From contig CBFGKC010000010.1 in the NCBI GenBank assembly GCA_965649265.1, positions 32,001-96,000 of the forward strand: a stretch of DNA of 64,000 nucleotides, written 5' to 3'. The notes under the pieces were generated by a model. The model saw only the letters and a list, made by a program, of their open reading frames with translations. It did not search any database and was not told where the DNA came from. The translations under genes and the position numbers were made by a program. Positions 50,131-59,045 of this stretch are shown here, in pieces (position 1 is the first letter of the stretch; every line of letters starts with the position of its first letter). The stretch comes from a candidate division WOR-3 bacterium. Its GTDB lineage: Bacteria > Hydrothermota > Tepidihabitantia > B3-TA06.

Positions 50131-50616
50131 TTAAGTAATATTGAAAATCAAGCGTAATTTATCGGAATCCGATTCCTGGATATTTTTTGCCCACTTCCTA
50201 GTGCATGCGTGGTATTGGTCAACAATCTCGTCAACTTCACCTTGAACAGTAACATCAAAAACCACAACGATTTCACCTGTTTCCGGATCCGGGCTCAAGT
50301 GAATGTCTAGTTCCTTAATATGCAAGAAGCTGTCTTGGATGATCCCATGCACCTTATGGAGGGAATCAAGGAGTTTTTCATTTTCACAGAACCCCTTAAC
50401 TTCAGATGATAAGGCATACCATGATCGGGTATCGGTAAAAATCAACGTTTCCTCATCGGAGTATTCTTGCTTTAAAGGATTGGGGAAGATATAGCTATCT
50501 TTATTGGTGGTTATAGTATTTTTTTCACCTACCCCCATCAGCAATATCAATGTTGGGTCTTGACTCTGATATTGTTTCTCTCTTACAAATGGCGCAGTCT
50601 CTGGAGACATTCTCAC
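50131..50616 (-). CDS. Hypothetical protein upstream of HEPN
   Basis: Polar N-terminus, alpha/beta C-terminus with SPDPE; co-oriented with 4-14 bp gaps. Confidence 0.7.
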   Translation of the reverse strand: MRMSPETAPFVREKQYQSQDPTLILLMGVGEKNTITTNKDSYIFPNPLKQEYSDEETLIFTDTRSWYALSSEVKGFCENEKLLDSLHKVHGIIQDSFLHIKELDIHLSPDPETGEIVVVFDVTVQGEVDEIVDQYHACTRKWAKNIQESDSDKLRLIFNIT

Positions 50617-50620
50617 CTTC

Positions 50621-51028
50621 CTAGGTTGTTGTCGGTATTTTTACTACTGGAAGAACCCTTGAAGCAATTACTTCACCATCAATAATGGCCTCAACCGAGT
50701 AGTCTCCCGGTTGTTCGAACGGAATTCCTAACAAAACAAAATTTGCATTGATGTTAGGTGCCTTGCTTTGAGAGTCATAGGGGCCGCCGTTCTCAACAAT
50801 TTGTCTTCCATTGGGATCCTTTATGGCTATTTTAATACTTGTGGGCGTCTTTTCAATGTCCGTTAACTCAAAGAACACATGCATGCGGCTGTGAATAATG
50901 GGAAAAACGTGGCTGACTATTTGCTGGAATAATCCAATCAAAGTCAATTTCTGAGTGTTCACGTCTTGAATAACCATTTCGCAGAAAAAAATTTCTCTGA
51001 ACTTTATCTGAGGCTTCATACTTCCCAT
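50621..51028 (-). CDS. DUF6941-like beta-sandwich protein
   Basis: FCE.VIQD..T.KLTLIGLF..I, DPNG, F..PG.Y.VE..IDG; leaderless promoter TTGACA-16-TATAAT-5-ATG. Confidence 0.75.
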   Translation of the reverse strand: MGSMKPQIKFREIFFCEMVIQDVNTQKLTLIGLFQQIVSHVFPIIHSRMHVFFELTDIEKTPTSIKIAIKDPNGRQIVENGGPYDSQSKAPNINANFVLLGIPFEQPGDYSVEAIIDGEVIASRVLPVVKIPTTT

Positions 51029-51127
51029 AAAGGATTATAAAATTATTCATGACGTTGTCAACTCAGGACTGATGCATTTACTCTGTGTAACCTAAGAAGA
51101 CGCTTTGCAAACGGTTTGTTTCCGTTC

Positions 51128-51787
51128 TTATCTCTCGTGCCTGAGGACGTGTATCTCGGTAGCGGCAGGAAGGGTCGAGGAGGTAATTTCGATGAAAGTG
51201 GAGTCGGACTTGTGCACGTTGGTCTTACCCGCAATGAACGGCTCCACGCCGGTCACGGGAAAGTCGAGTGCCTCTGTCTTGAAGTGCATGGGAAGGACTA
51301 TTGAAGGTTTGATGAGGTCTGAAAGCGCCGTCGCTTCCTTTGCGTCGATGGTGTAGTAGCCGCCGACCGGGATCATGAGCACGTCAATCCGGCCCAGTTC
51401 CGCGAGCTGCGCATCGGAAAGAACGTGTCCGAGGTCACCGAGGTGGCAAATGCGCAGTCCTTCGACTTCTATGACGAACACGACGTTTTGCCCGCGTTTT
51501 GAGCCCCCGGCCTCGTCGTGACAGGTATCGATGCCCTTAAGTGTGAATCCCCGCACCTCTGCGGCACCGCTCTCACGAATAACCACCCCCCCGGGTTCGG
51601 GAAGTGCTGCAACCCCGTCGTGATCGGGATGACCGTGGCTGACGGTGATGACGTCGGCCTTTGCTTCTATGGGCTTGTAGCGCAAAGTGCCGGCATAAGA
51701 CCCGGAGTTATAGGGATCGGTTAAAAGTTTACGGCCATCCGACGTCTCTATGAGAAACGCCGAATGACCAAGCCAGTGTATCTTCAT
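51128..51787 (-). CDS. Metallo-beta-lactamase-fold hydrolase
   Basis: WLGHSAF, TDPY, SHGHPDH, HLGDLG, PMH. Confidence 0.93.
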   Translation of the reverse strand: MKIHWLGHSAFLIETSDGRKLLTDPYNSGSYAGTLRYKPIEAKADVITVSHGHPDHDGVAALPEPGGVVIRESGAAEVRGFTLKGIDTCHDEAGGSKRGQNVVFVIEVEGLRICHLGDLGHVLSDAQLAELGRIDVLMIPVGGYYTIDAKEATALSDLIKPSIVLPMHFKTEALDFPVTGVEPFIAGKTNVHKSDSTFIEITSSTLPAATEIHVLRHER

Positions 51788-51804
51788 TTCGCCCCCCCTT
51801 GGAA

Positions 51805-52062
51805 TTATTCGGCCGGAACTACAAGAACGCGCTTCTTGGTCTTGGAGACGTACTCGAATTTGACCACACCGTCGGCAAGGGCAAAAAGCGTGTCATCGGA
51901 AGCGCGGCCTACGTTGCGGCCCGGCTGAATCTTCGTTCCACGCTGGCGAATGATGATCTCGCCGGTCTTTACGACCTGGGAGGCGTAGCGCTTTACGCCT
52001 AATCTTCTTCCGGCGCTGTCGCGGTTGTTCTTCGCAACACCGCCGCCTTTCTTGTGAGCCAT
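51805..52062 (-). CDS. rpmA: 50S ribosomal protein L27
   Basis: MAHKKGGG...RDS.GRRLGVK, IIRQRGT, DDTLFAL.DG.V. Confidence 0.97.
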   Translation of the reverse strand: MAHKKGGGVAKNNRDSAGRRLGVKRYASQVVKTGEIIIRQRGTKIQPGRNVGRASDDTLFALADGVVKFEYVSKTKKRVLVVPAE

Positions 52063-52137
52063 AAATTTCCTCCAAATTACATTATTTGCTTAGGACAGAA
52101 GAGAAGTTTACCTACGATTCAGGCAATGTCAAACCTG

Positions 52138-52171
52138 AAAAAAGTGGCGGCAAAGCATGCCGCCACTTTTT
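52138..52171 (-). terminator. Intrinsic (bidirectional-type) terminator after the S8 peptidase
   Basis: AAAAAAGTGGCGGCA-aagca-TGCCGCCACTTTTT. Confidence 0.88.
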
Positions 52172-52188
52172 AAAAATGTCTAGATTGA

Positions 52189-54390
52189 CTAATGTAAAAC
52201 GACGAACTTGGTTCCGCAGGAGCATCCGGAGGAGCTGAGCCTGGCAAAGTAGCAACCTGCGGGAAGATGCTCCGGGCCCAAATCAATGTACCCTTTGGCA
52301 TTAGTAAGTAGATTACTAACAACACGGCGCCCCGAAGCATCGAAAATATCGAGTTGCCCTTGAGATAAAGGTATAGCGTAGTTAACAAGAATGTCTTTAT
52401 TGCTGACGACCCTGATCGACAGTGATGGGATATTGCTGGATGAGTTCTCGTCTATACCCGATCTCGAATACAACTCTCTTTTTTTGCCAAGTACCTTATA
52501 TTCGATTGCAATATTGGAAGGAAGCCGCGGAACGTAGCAAAGATAATTAGCGTAACTTGTGTCGTATTTGGGGGAAATGATTGTGTCTATGAGTACAACA
52601 CCATAAACATAGGTTTCGTAGGTTGCGTATCCCGATGTAACCTCCGATACCCCGACCCATGGATACGCATCACAAGGATTTTCATTCTTTATGCCCGGTG
52701 ATAGTTTCAAGATACGCCCCCAGGTCCACGGAGGATCCACGTAAGGATGCTGTGCATCAAAAGTTACTGTTCCTGTCAGATGAGAAACATAGCAACTGTA
52801 GAGACCTGCTTTTATACTATGTATCTGTCCGGTCGGATAAACCTGTCCAGTAACATTTCGAGTAAAGGTTATGTTACACCAACTTCCGCCTATCGAACTC
52901 ATATTTGATACACTTCCGCCACTGAGTTCATAAGGCTCTTGTAGGTGACTGAGAGCCTTATATGCATCTACGCAACCGTAGCCCGTCATTGGGTCCCATC
53001 CTGAATTACACCACTCGGGATGTTCTGTGTCATATGTAATGTCCCTTGCTGATGCCTCCATAATCCGTTTACAGTCTACGTCTTCAAGTTGATAGCCTCT
53101 TTCCAAAGCTTGTGAATAGATCAACGCACCAACACCTGCTGCACAAGGAGCAGCCATTGATGTTCCTGCTTTATATCCATAATAGTCTTCCGGTACCGTT
53201 GTGGACCAGATTTGGGTCGCGGGCAAACCTGAGCCTCCGGGTGCGACAAAAGATAGTTCAGGACCCCAAGAGGACCCACCGATACCGTCTACTCTTAAAC
53301 CGGAAATGTCCATTGCTCCAACAGCACAGCAGATATCGTACTTTGCAAATATCGCCGGGATTGAAATATCCGAATAACCACAGTTACCATGGTTGCCTGC
53401 TGCGAAGAAAAGGGTTGCACCTGATGCAAACGCTTCAGCGCAAGCTTCAAAAAGATCTTCGAAATAGACTACGTCTGAAGGATCAGGCGGGTTAGTTTCA
53501 TCCCAACCGAAACCGCCGGTAATAATATCTGCCCCGCTATACATTGCCCATTCTATAGCTTGCATGGAGCTAAGAACATTTTCTCCATTTTCGTCACCGA
53601 TTTTTGCCGATATCAAGCTTACGGCCTCGCCATTCCAGCCGCCCGCCACACCAGCCATACCGTGACCGTTCCAGGGGCTATTCCCGTTATTCGTTGCAGC
53701 TGCGGCGATGCCGGTCACATGGGATCCGTGCCCTGCATAATCGCCTGTTGTGATATCTTGAGTTCCATACGGACCGTCCCAAAGGTATTTGTTTGTGGGG
53801 TTGTCAAAAATCCGGCCATAGAACTCTGTTCCGATTGCATTGTAATGCTGCGGCGCTAAACCTGCATCAACAACAGCCAGCGTTACGTTATGATTACCCG
53901 TTTGGATATCCCAAGCCTCCGGGGCATTTATATCACAAAGGGGAGATGTTGTGTTGTTTAAGCCCCATTGTAAGCTGAAATCGGGATCGTTTGGCGTACT
54001 TAAGAAAACGCCTATAAAGTTGGGGCCTGCATAGATAACACCAGGCAACTTCATAAATTCATCCGCAACCTTTCTCATATCAAGATCTTTGTCCATCTCT
54101 AAGGAATAAACACTGGACAGATGACTCGTAACATCGCAGTATTTATAGACCCGTTCGACTGTCTGCGTTTTAAAATGCTGCAACGCTGAAGCAATGCCCG
54201 AATTGTTTATCGTTACTTGCGAGATAGGTACTTTATTAGTACCGGAAGTTTCAATCAGGCCAGGTTGAAACTTGATTATCAGTTGACCGGGTACATACTT
54301 GGCTTTTGTTGTTCCTGCAAGAAGTAAACTGGAAGTCAACATAATTGCAGAAATTATTATAGCCATCATAGTTTGTTTGTTGGGTTTCAC
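52189..54390 (-). CDS. Secreted S8 subtilisin-like serine protease with T9SS-like C-terminal domain
   Basis: VVDAG, GHGSHVTG, AAGN, GTSMAAP; FDASGRRV...GCYF; GTG 54390 follows SD GGAGG (ORF track starts at 54402). Confidence 0.92.
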   Translation of the reverse strand: MKPNKQTMMAIIISAIMLTSSLLLAGTTKAKYVPGQLIIKFQPGLIETSGTNKVPISQVTINNSGIASALQHFKTQTVERVYKYCDVTSHLSSVYSLEMDKDLDMRKVADEFMKLPGVIYAGPNFIGVFLSTPNDPDFSLQWGLNNTTSPLCDINAPEAWDIQTGNHNVTLAVVDAGLAPQHYNAIGTEFYGRIFDNPTNKYLWDGPYGTQDITTGDYAGHGSHVTGIAAAATNNGNSPWNGHGMAGVAGGWNGEAVSLISAKIGDENGENVLSSMQAIEWAMYSGADIITGGFGWDETNPPDPSDVVYFEDLFEACAEAFASGATLFFAAGNHGNCGYSDISIPAIFAKYDICCAVGAMDISGLRVDGIGGSSWGPELSFVAPGGSGLPATQIWSTTVPEDYYGYKAGTSMAAPCAAGVGALIYSQALERGYQLEDVDCKRIMEASARDITYDTEHPEWCNSGWDPMTGYGCVDAYKALSHLQEPYELSGGSVSNMSSIGGSWCNITFTRNVTGQVYPTGQIHSIKAGLYSCYVSHLTGTVTFDAQHPYVDPPWTWGRILKLSPGIKNENPCDAYPWVGVSEVTSGYATYETYVYGVVLIDTIISPKYDTSYANYLCYVPRLPSNIAIEYKVLGKKRELYSRSGIDENSSSNIPSLSIRVVSNKDILVNYAIPLSQGQLDIFDASGRRVVSNLLTNAKGYIDLGPEHLPAGCYFARLSSSGCSCGTKFVVLH

Positions 54391-54579
54391 TGTTTCCTCC
54401 ATTCTTTCGTTTTCTACCCACTCAATACTACACCTCCTACGCTTTCTCTTTCAATGTATTATTCGCCATGACCTCCTTTTAATTTTCATAATATAATATA
54501 TCTTTTTTGAACTCTGTGTCAAGCCCCACACCCTCTCTGTGTCAAAAAGAAAAATGTTCGATGCTACTGAAGACCCATA

Positions 54580-55215
54580 TTACCAGGCTTCCGAATCCCT
54601 GACCTTTGGAGCGGGGCCGACGACCTTTTCGAACTTTGCGACCCATGCCTTCTCGCGCAGGGGGGCAAAATCCGGATCATCCCAGGCATGGGCGACGTCG
54701 AAGTCTATGCCCCTGGCGCCCTTTGCCTTGCGAAGGGATTCCAGAGCCTCCTCGTAGCGTCCGAGACGGGCGAGAGCGCAGGCCATGTTGTAATGACCGT
54801 CGGAGTCGGTGGAGAGTTCGATGACGCTTTCGGCGTCCTTTATTGCGGCCTCAAAAAGGCTTTTGGAGTACTGGGGACGCAGAGCGGCACCCATGTCTAT
54901 GAGTGCTGCCGCCCGCTTGTCGCGGATGACGGGTATGTTGGGTTTTATATCCACCGCCTTGTCCAGTGCCTTTATTGCCTCTATGTAGCGACCCATTGCG
55001 CGGTAGGTTAGGCCGAGATCGTAATAGGCACGTGCAAAGTCGGGCTTCATCTTGATGGCTTTCTTGAACGCGCCGACCGCCTCCTCAAAGCGCCCGAGCT
55101 TTGCCAGAATCACTCCCCGGTTGTGATACGCGGTCGCATCGTCGGGGGTTTCGCGTATCACATCTTCAGCCGCCGCCAAGGCCTCCTCGTATCGTCTCTT
55201 GTGATCATCATCCAC
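54580..55215 (-). CDS. TPR-repeat protein
   Basis: AYHNRG..LA.LGR.EEA, AYYDLG, YNMACALA, A.DDPDFAPLR. Confidence 0.9.
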   Translation of the reverse strand: MDDDHKRRYEEALAAAEDVIRETPDDATAYHNRGVILAKLGRFEEAVGAFKKAIKMKPDFARAYYDLGLTYRAMGRYIEAIKALDKAVDIKPNIPVIRDKRAAALIDMGAALRPQYSKSLFEAAIKDAESVIELSTDSDGHYNMACALARLGRYEEALESLRKAKGARGIDFDVAHAWDDPDFAPLREKAWVAKFEKVVGPAPKVRDSEAW

Positions 55216-55332
55216 GATTGGTAACTCCTTTGTGAATTTTATTGGATTTTTCAGGACGTCTGAATGTAATTATAGCTGCCGGACGCGGCGCGTCAACCTT
55301 TTCTTTATTTCTACTTCTTCATTCGATAGAGA

Positions 55333-55413
55333 GGAGTCCCCAGGCGAAACAAGGTATTCGCCCGGGGCAAAAGGCCCGGGTACCCAAAAAGTTACCTTGC
55401 AGCTTTTTGGGGT
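55333..55413 (+). repeat. Two tandem GGGTCCCC-family hairpins between divergent promoters
   Basis: CCCCaGGCGAA-acaaggta-TTCGCCcGGGG and CCCAAAAAG-ttaccttgcag-CTTTTTGGG. Confidence 0.75.
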
Positions 55414-55482
55414 GACACTCTTGACTAATTAACGATTCGGCATATTATATTTATTAAGTAAACAACCAAAGGAGGACCCTAA

Positions 55483-56412
55483 ATGAAGAAAGTCCTGTTT
55501 TTAATGGCTCTTGCCATACCTGTAGCCTTCCTTGTGGCTGCAGAGCTCCCTGTAGACCACCTTTATACAACAACGACAACCGCGAACTCCACCCTGGCAA
55601 TGCCCGACGAGTGGGATCTCGTTCTCGACGAAGCAGTGCCCACAGGTTTCGGTTTCAAGATGTCCGCTGGCGACCGCATGGGTGTCAAATTTACCCCGCC
55701 GAACTACCCGTTCACGATCAATGAAGCCGCCTATGCCCCAACGGGCTGGGGCGACGATCCCGACAACTGGAACGCCTCGTGCAAGCTTGTATTCTTCGCC
55801 GGTGGTGACACACCGGGCTCCACACTCGGATCAAAGGATGCCGCCGCAACCGAGCAGGGCAACTGGAACTGGTTCAGCGTTACGAGCCTCAATATGGTCA
55901 TAAACTCGGGCAGCTTCTTCTTTGCCGTTGAGAACAAGGTAGATGACAACCCCGGTCTGCTTCTGGACGGCGGAGCCCCGCTTCACCACGCATCGTGGAT
56001 GTATACAATCTTCCAGGGCGAGACACAGCGCAAGTGGGCGGCCTATGACAGCATAGACGCCGGTCTCACCAAGGCCCTCGGCGACACCGTTGACCTCATG
56101 CTCCGCATCAGGGGCGAGGCTGCCGGCATCGGCGAGGTAGAGCTAAAGCCCGACGTCGTGAGAATTGCACCCTCGGCGACCATACTCGCTTCGAACGGAA
56201 CCGTCAATTACTACCTGCCTTCCGCCGGAATGGCCGACATAAGCCTGTGGGACGCATCCGGTCGTCTTGTAAGAACCCTTTATTCGGGTAACGCGGCCGC
56301 AGGCGAGCATTCCATTTCGTGGAACGCGCAAGGACTCGCAGGCGGAGCCTACTTTATACGCCTCAAGACGGCGACAGACGTCAAGGTAACAAAAATAGTT
56401 CTCGCCGACTGA
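55483..56412 (+). CDS. Secreted protein with FlgD/T9SS-type C-terminal domain
   Basis: SD AGGAGG, signal peptide, WDASGRLVRTL...GAYFIRL. Confidence 0.85.
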   Translation: MKKVLFLMALAIPVAFLVAAELPVDHLYTTTTTANSTLAMPDEWDLVLDEAVPTGFGFKMSAGDRMGVKFTPPNYPFTINEAAYAPTGWGDDPDNWNASCKLVFFAGGDTPGSTLGSKDAAATEQGNWNWFSVTSLNMVINSGSFFFAVENKVDDNPGLLLDGGAPLHHASWMYTIFQGETQRKWAAYDSIDAGLTKALGDTVDLMLRIRGEAAGIGEVELKPDVVRIAPSATILASNGTVNYYLPSAGMADISLWDASGRLVRTLYSGNAAAGEHSISWNAQGLAGGAYFIRLKTATDVKVTKIVLAD

Positions 56413-56427
56413 AAAAGTTTTTAAGAG

Positions 56428-56457
56428 AAAAAAGCGGGCCCTGCGCCCGCTTTTTTT
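56428..56457 (+). terminator. Intrinsic terminator
   Basis: AAAAAAGCGGGC-cctgc-GCCCGCTTTTTTT. Confidence 0.9.
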
Positions 56458-56591
56458 CTTGATTCCGGTAAGTGTTGACAAATAACGTTTGACGCATATC
56501 CTTAATCGGTTATGCAGGTTTTTCTGAGGAAAGCATTATTATTCAAACTGACTCCCTTTTTGGAGACGCGCTTAAGTACGGAGAACAACGC

Positions 56592-58598
56592 ATGAGCGAG
56601 ATGGAAAAAAATGGTATTGTCGAGGCGGGCGATTCGGATTATCGCGAATATGTAAAAAGACTGCTGATGTCCATAGCCCCGGTGATAGAAAAGGTCTCTC
56701 TCGGCGAGTTCGACCGCACGATAAACATCCCGGAAGGCACGCATGACGAGTTCACGGAATTGCTCGTCGCCCTTAACATGATGATCGAAGACCTCAAATT
56801 CATGTTCCAGGAGAACAAGGATAAAACCGAGGAGCTCGAGCGGCGCCTGACGGAGCTCTCGGCATTTAATGAGGTGGGCCGTGCACTAAGCTCTACCTTG
56901 AAACTCGAGGAGCAGCTGAGAATAATCTACGAACAGACACGGCGCGTCATGCCTGCAGATCATTTTTACGTGGCGCTTTACAGGCCCGCCGACGAGGAGG
57001 GGGAGGCCGAGCTCGACTTCGTTTTCTATATCCAGGACGGCATCAAGTCGCCTTCAAGAACACGTCCTTTTGGCAAAGGGATGACGGAGTACGTGATAAA
57101 TACAAAAGGACCCCTGCTTATAAAGAAGAACCTGACGGAATTCATCAGGGAAAAAGATATAGCGACGATCATCCGGGGGACCCCTGCCAAATCCTGGCTG
57201 GGCATCCCGTTGATTGTGAGGAACGAGCCCATAGGCGTTATGGCTGCGCAAAGTGTTGATAAGGAAGAGGCGTACGACGAGGGACACATGAATTTCATGA
57301 TCTCGCTGGCCAGCCAGGCATCAGGTGCGATCGACAATGCACGAACCTACCGCGAACTGGAGAACCGTCTTACCGAGCTTTCCGTTTTGAACGAAATAAG
57401 CCGCGCGATAGCCTCTACGCTGGACATAGAGGAGCTTTACGCCGTCATAAACGAACAAATCTCCAGGCTCATAACAGCGAAAAATTTTTACATCGCTCTG
57501 TACGATCATCAGCGCGACGAGGTAAACTTCCCATACGTAATAGACGCAGGCAACCGAATCCCACCCGATTCCATAGAGTGGCAGACGCGCCGGGCAGGAC
57601 ATGGAATGACGGAGTACGTTATAAAGACTTCCAAACCTCAAATAGTGCAGGGCGACAGCCAGGTGCAATTGGCCAAGAAGGGCGTAAATCACATAGGCAG
57701 AACATCGCACTCCTGGATAGGCGCCCCCATGATTGCCCGCAACGAGGTTATCGGTGTCGTTGCGGTTCAGTCTTTTGATCCGGAGACAATATACAACTCA
57801 AACCACCTGCGGATACTGCAGCTAATTGCAAATCAGGCTGCCCCGGCCGTTGAGAACGCACGAGCCTACGGACTGCTCGAACGCAGGGTCCTGGAACGTA
57901 CAGGGGAGCTAGCAAAATCCAACGAAGCGCTCGAGGATTTCGTATATACCGTAAGTCACGATCTGAAAGCCCCCCTGAGGGCGATTCTGGGGTTCAGCCA
58001 GTTTCTGGAAGAGGATTACGGCCCGCAGCTTCCCGATGAGGGAAAGATGTATGTCACAAGAATGTCTCAGAGCGCAAAAAGGATGGAGAAGCTGATAAAC
58101 GATTTACTCGAGTTGTCGCGTGTCGGAAGAATCAAGAATCCTTACGAGGAAACGAACATAGACGAGTTGATAACCGAGATAGTCACCACGCTCGCGCCGG
58201 GGTCGAAGGTCGAAATGCGCATTGAAGGTCCAATGCCGCTGATAGTTTGCGACAGGGTAAGGATAGGCCAGGTGTTTGCTAATCTCATTACCAATGCGAT
58301 CAAGTATAACGACAAAGAGAAAACGGAAATTGCCATAGGCTACGTGGATAACCCCGAAGAAGTGGAATTCTTTGTTGCGGACAACGGTCCGGGAATAGAG
58401 GAACGCCATTTTGAACGGATATTCAAGATATTCCAGCGCCTCTCGAACGACGATACCGGAACAGGAATAGGACTTGCCCTTGTCAAGAAAATCGTTGAGG
58501 ATCACAAAGGCAAGGTATGGGTCGAATCCAAGGTTGGCCAGGGTACGACTTTCCGTTTCACTCTTTCAAAAAGCCTTGTGGCGAACAAGGAGGCCTGA
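56592..58598 (+). CDS. Cytoplasmic sensor histidine kinase (HAMP-like, two GAF, HisKA, HATPase)
   Basis: SHDLKAPLR, LITNAIKY, DNGPGI, GTGIGL; two FY.ALYD...GMTEYVI...SW.G.P GAF units. Confidence 0.95.
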   Translation: MSEMEKNGIVEAGDSDYREYVKRLLMSIAPVIEKVSLGEFDRTINIPEGTHDEFTELLVALNMMIEDLKFMFQENKDKTEELERRLTELSAFNEVGRALSSTLKLEEQLRIIYEQTRRVMPADHFYVALYRPADEEGEAELDFVFYIQDGIKSPSRTRPFGKGMTEYVINTKGPLLIKKNLTEFIREKDIATIIRGTPAKSWLGIPLIVRNEPIGVMAAQSVDKEEAYDEGHMNFMISLASQASGAIDNARTYRELENRLTELSVLNEISRAIASTLDIEELYAVINEQISRLITAKNFYIALYDHQRDEVNFPYVIDAGNRIPPDSIEWQTRRAGHGMTEYVIKTSKPQIVQGDSQVQLAKKGVNHIGRTSHSWIGAPMIARNEVIGVVAVQSFDPETIYNSNHLRILQLIANQAAPAVENARAYGLLERRVLERTGELAKSNEALEDFVYTVSHDLKAPLRAILGFSQFLEEDYGPQLPDEGKMYVTRMSQSAKRMEKLINDLLELSRVGRIKNPYEETNIDELITEIVTTLAPGSKVEMRIEGPMPLIVCDRVRIGQVFANLITNAIKYNDKEKTEIAIGYVDNPEEVEFFVADNGPGIEERHFERIFKIFQRLSNDDTGTGIGLALVKKIVEDHKGKVWVESKVGQGTTFRFTLSKSLVANKEA

Positions 58599-59035
58599 TG
58601 CAATCCGGTGAAGGAATCCCAATCCTCCTGGTTGAAGACGACGAGAACGACATCCTCATAACCAAGAGGGCGTTCGAAAGATACAACTTCAAGAACGAGC
58701 TTTACGTCGTCCGCGACGGCGAGGAGGCCCTGGACTACATATACCGCCGCGGCGACTACCAGGACGAACCGGTGCCTACCCCCGGTCTCATACTTCTGGA
58801 TATCAACATGCCGAGGATGAACGGAATAGAGGTTCTCAGGCATCTCAAGAATGATCCCGAGAAAAAAAGGATCCCGGTAGTCATGCTCACCACGTCGCGC
58901 CGCGAACAGGACAAGATTGAAAGCTACAATCTTGGTGTCAACTCCTACATAGTAAAACCCGTCGATTTCAATAAATTCATTGACGCCGTGACGACAATAA
59001 ACCTCTACTGGAGTCTAAACCAGCTTCCTGGTTAA
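58598..59035 (+). CDS. Single-domain response regulator (Rcp1-like)
   Basis: TGATG coupling to the kinase; LLVEDD, LLDINMP, MLTTS, SYIVKP. Confidence 0.95.
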   Translation: MQSGEGIPILLVEDDENDILITKRAFERYNFKNELYVVRDGEEALDYIYRRGDYQDEPVPTPGLILLDINMPRMNGIEVLRHLKNDPEKKRIPVVMLTTSRREQDKIESYNLGVNSYIVKPVDFNKFIDAVTTINLYWSLNQLPG

Positions 59036-59045
59036 AGAAGTTCAA

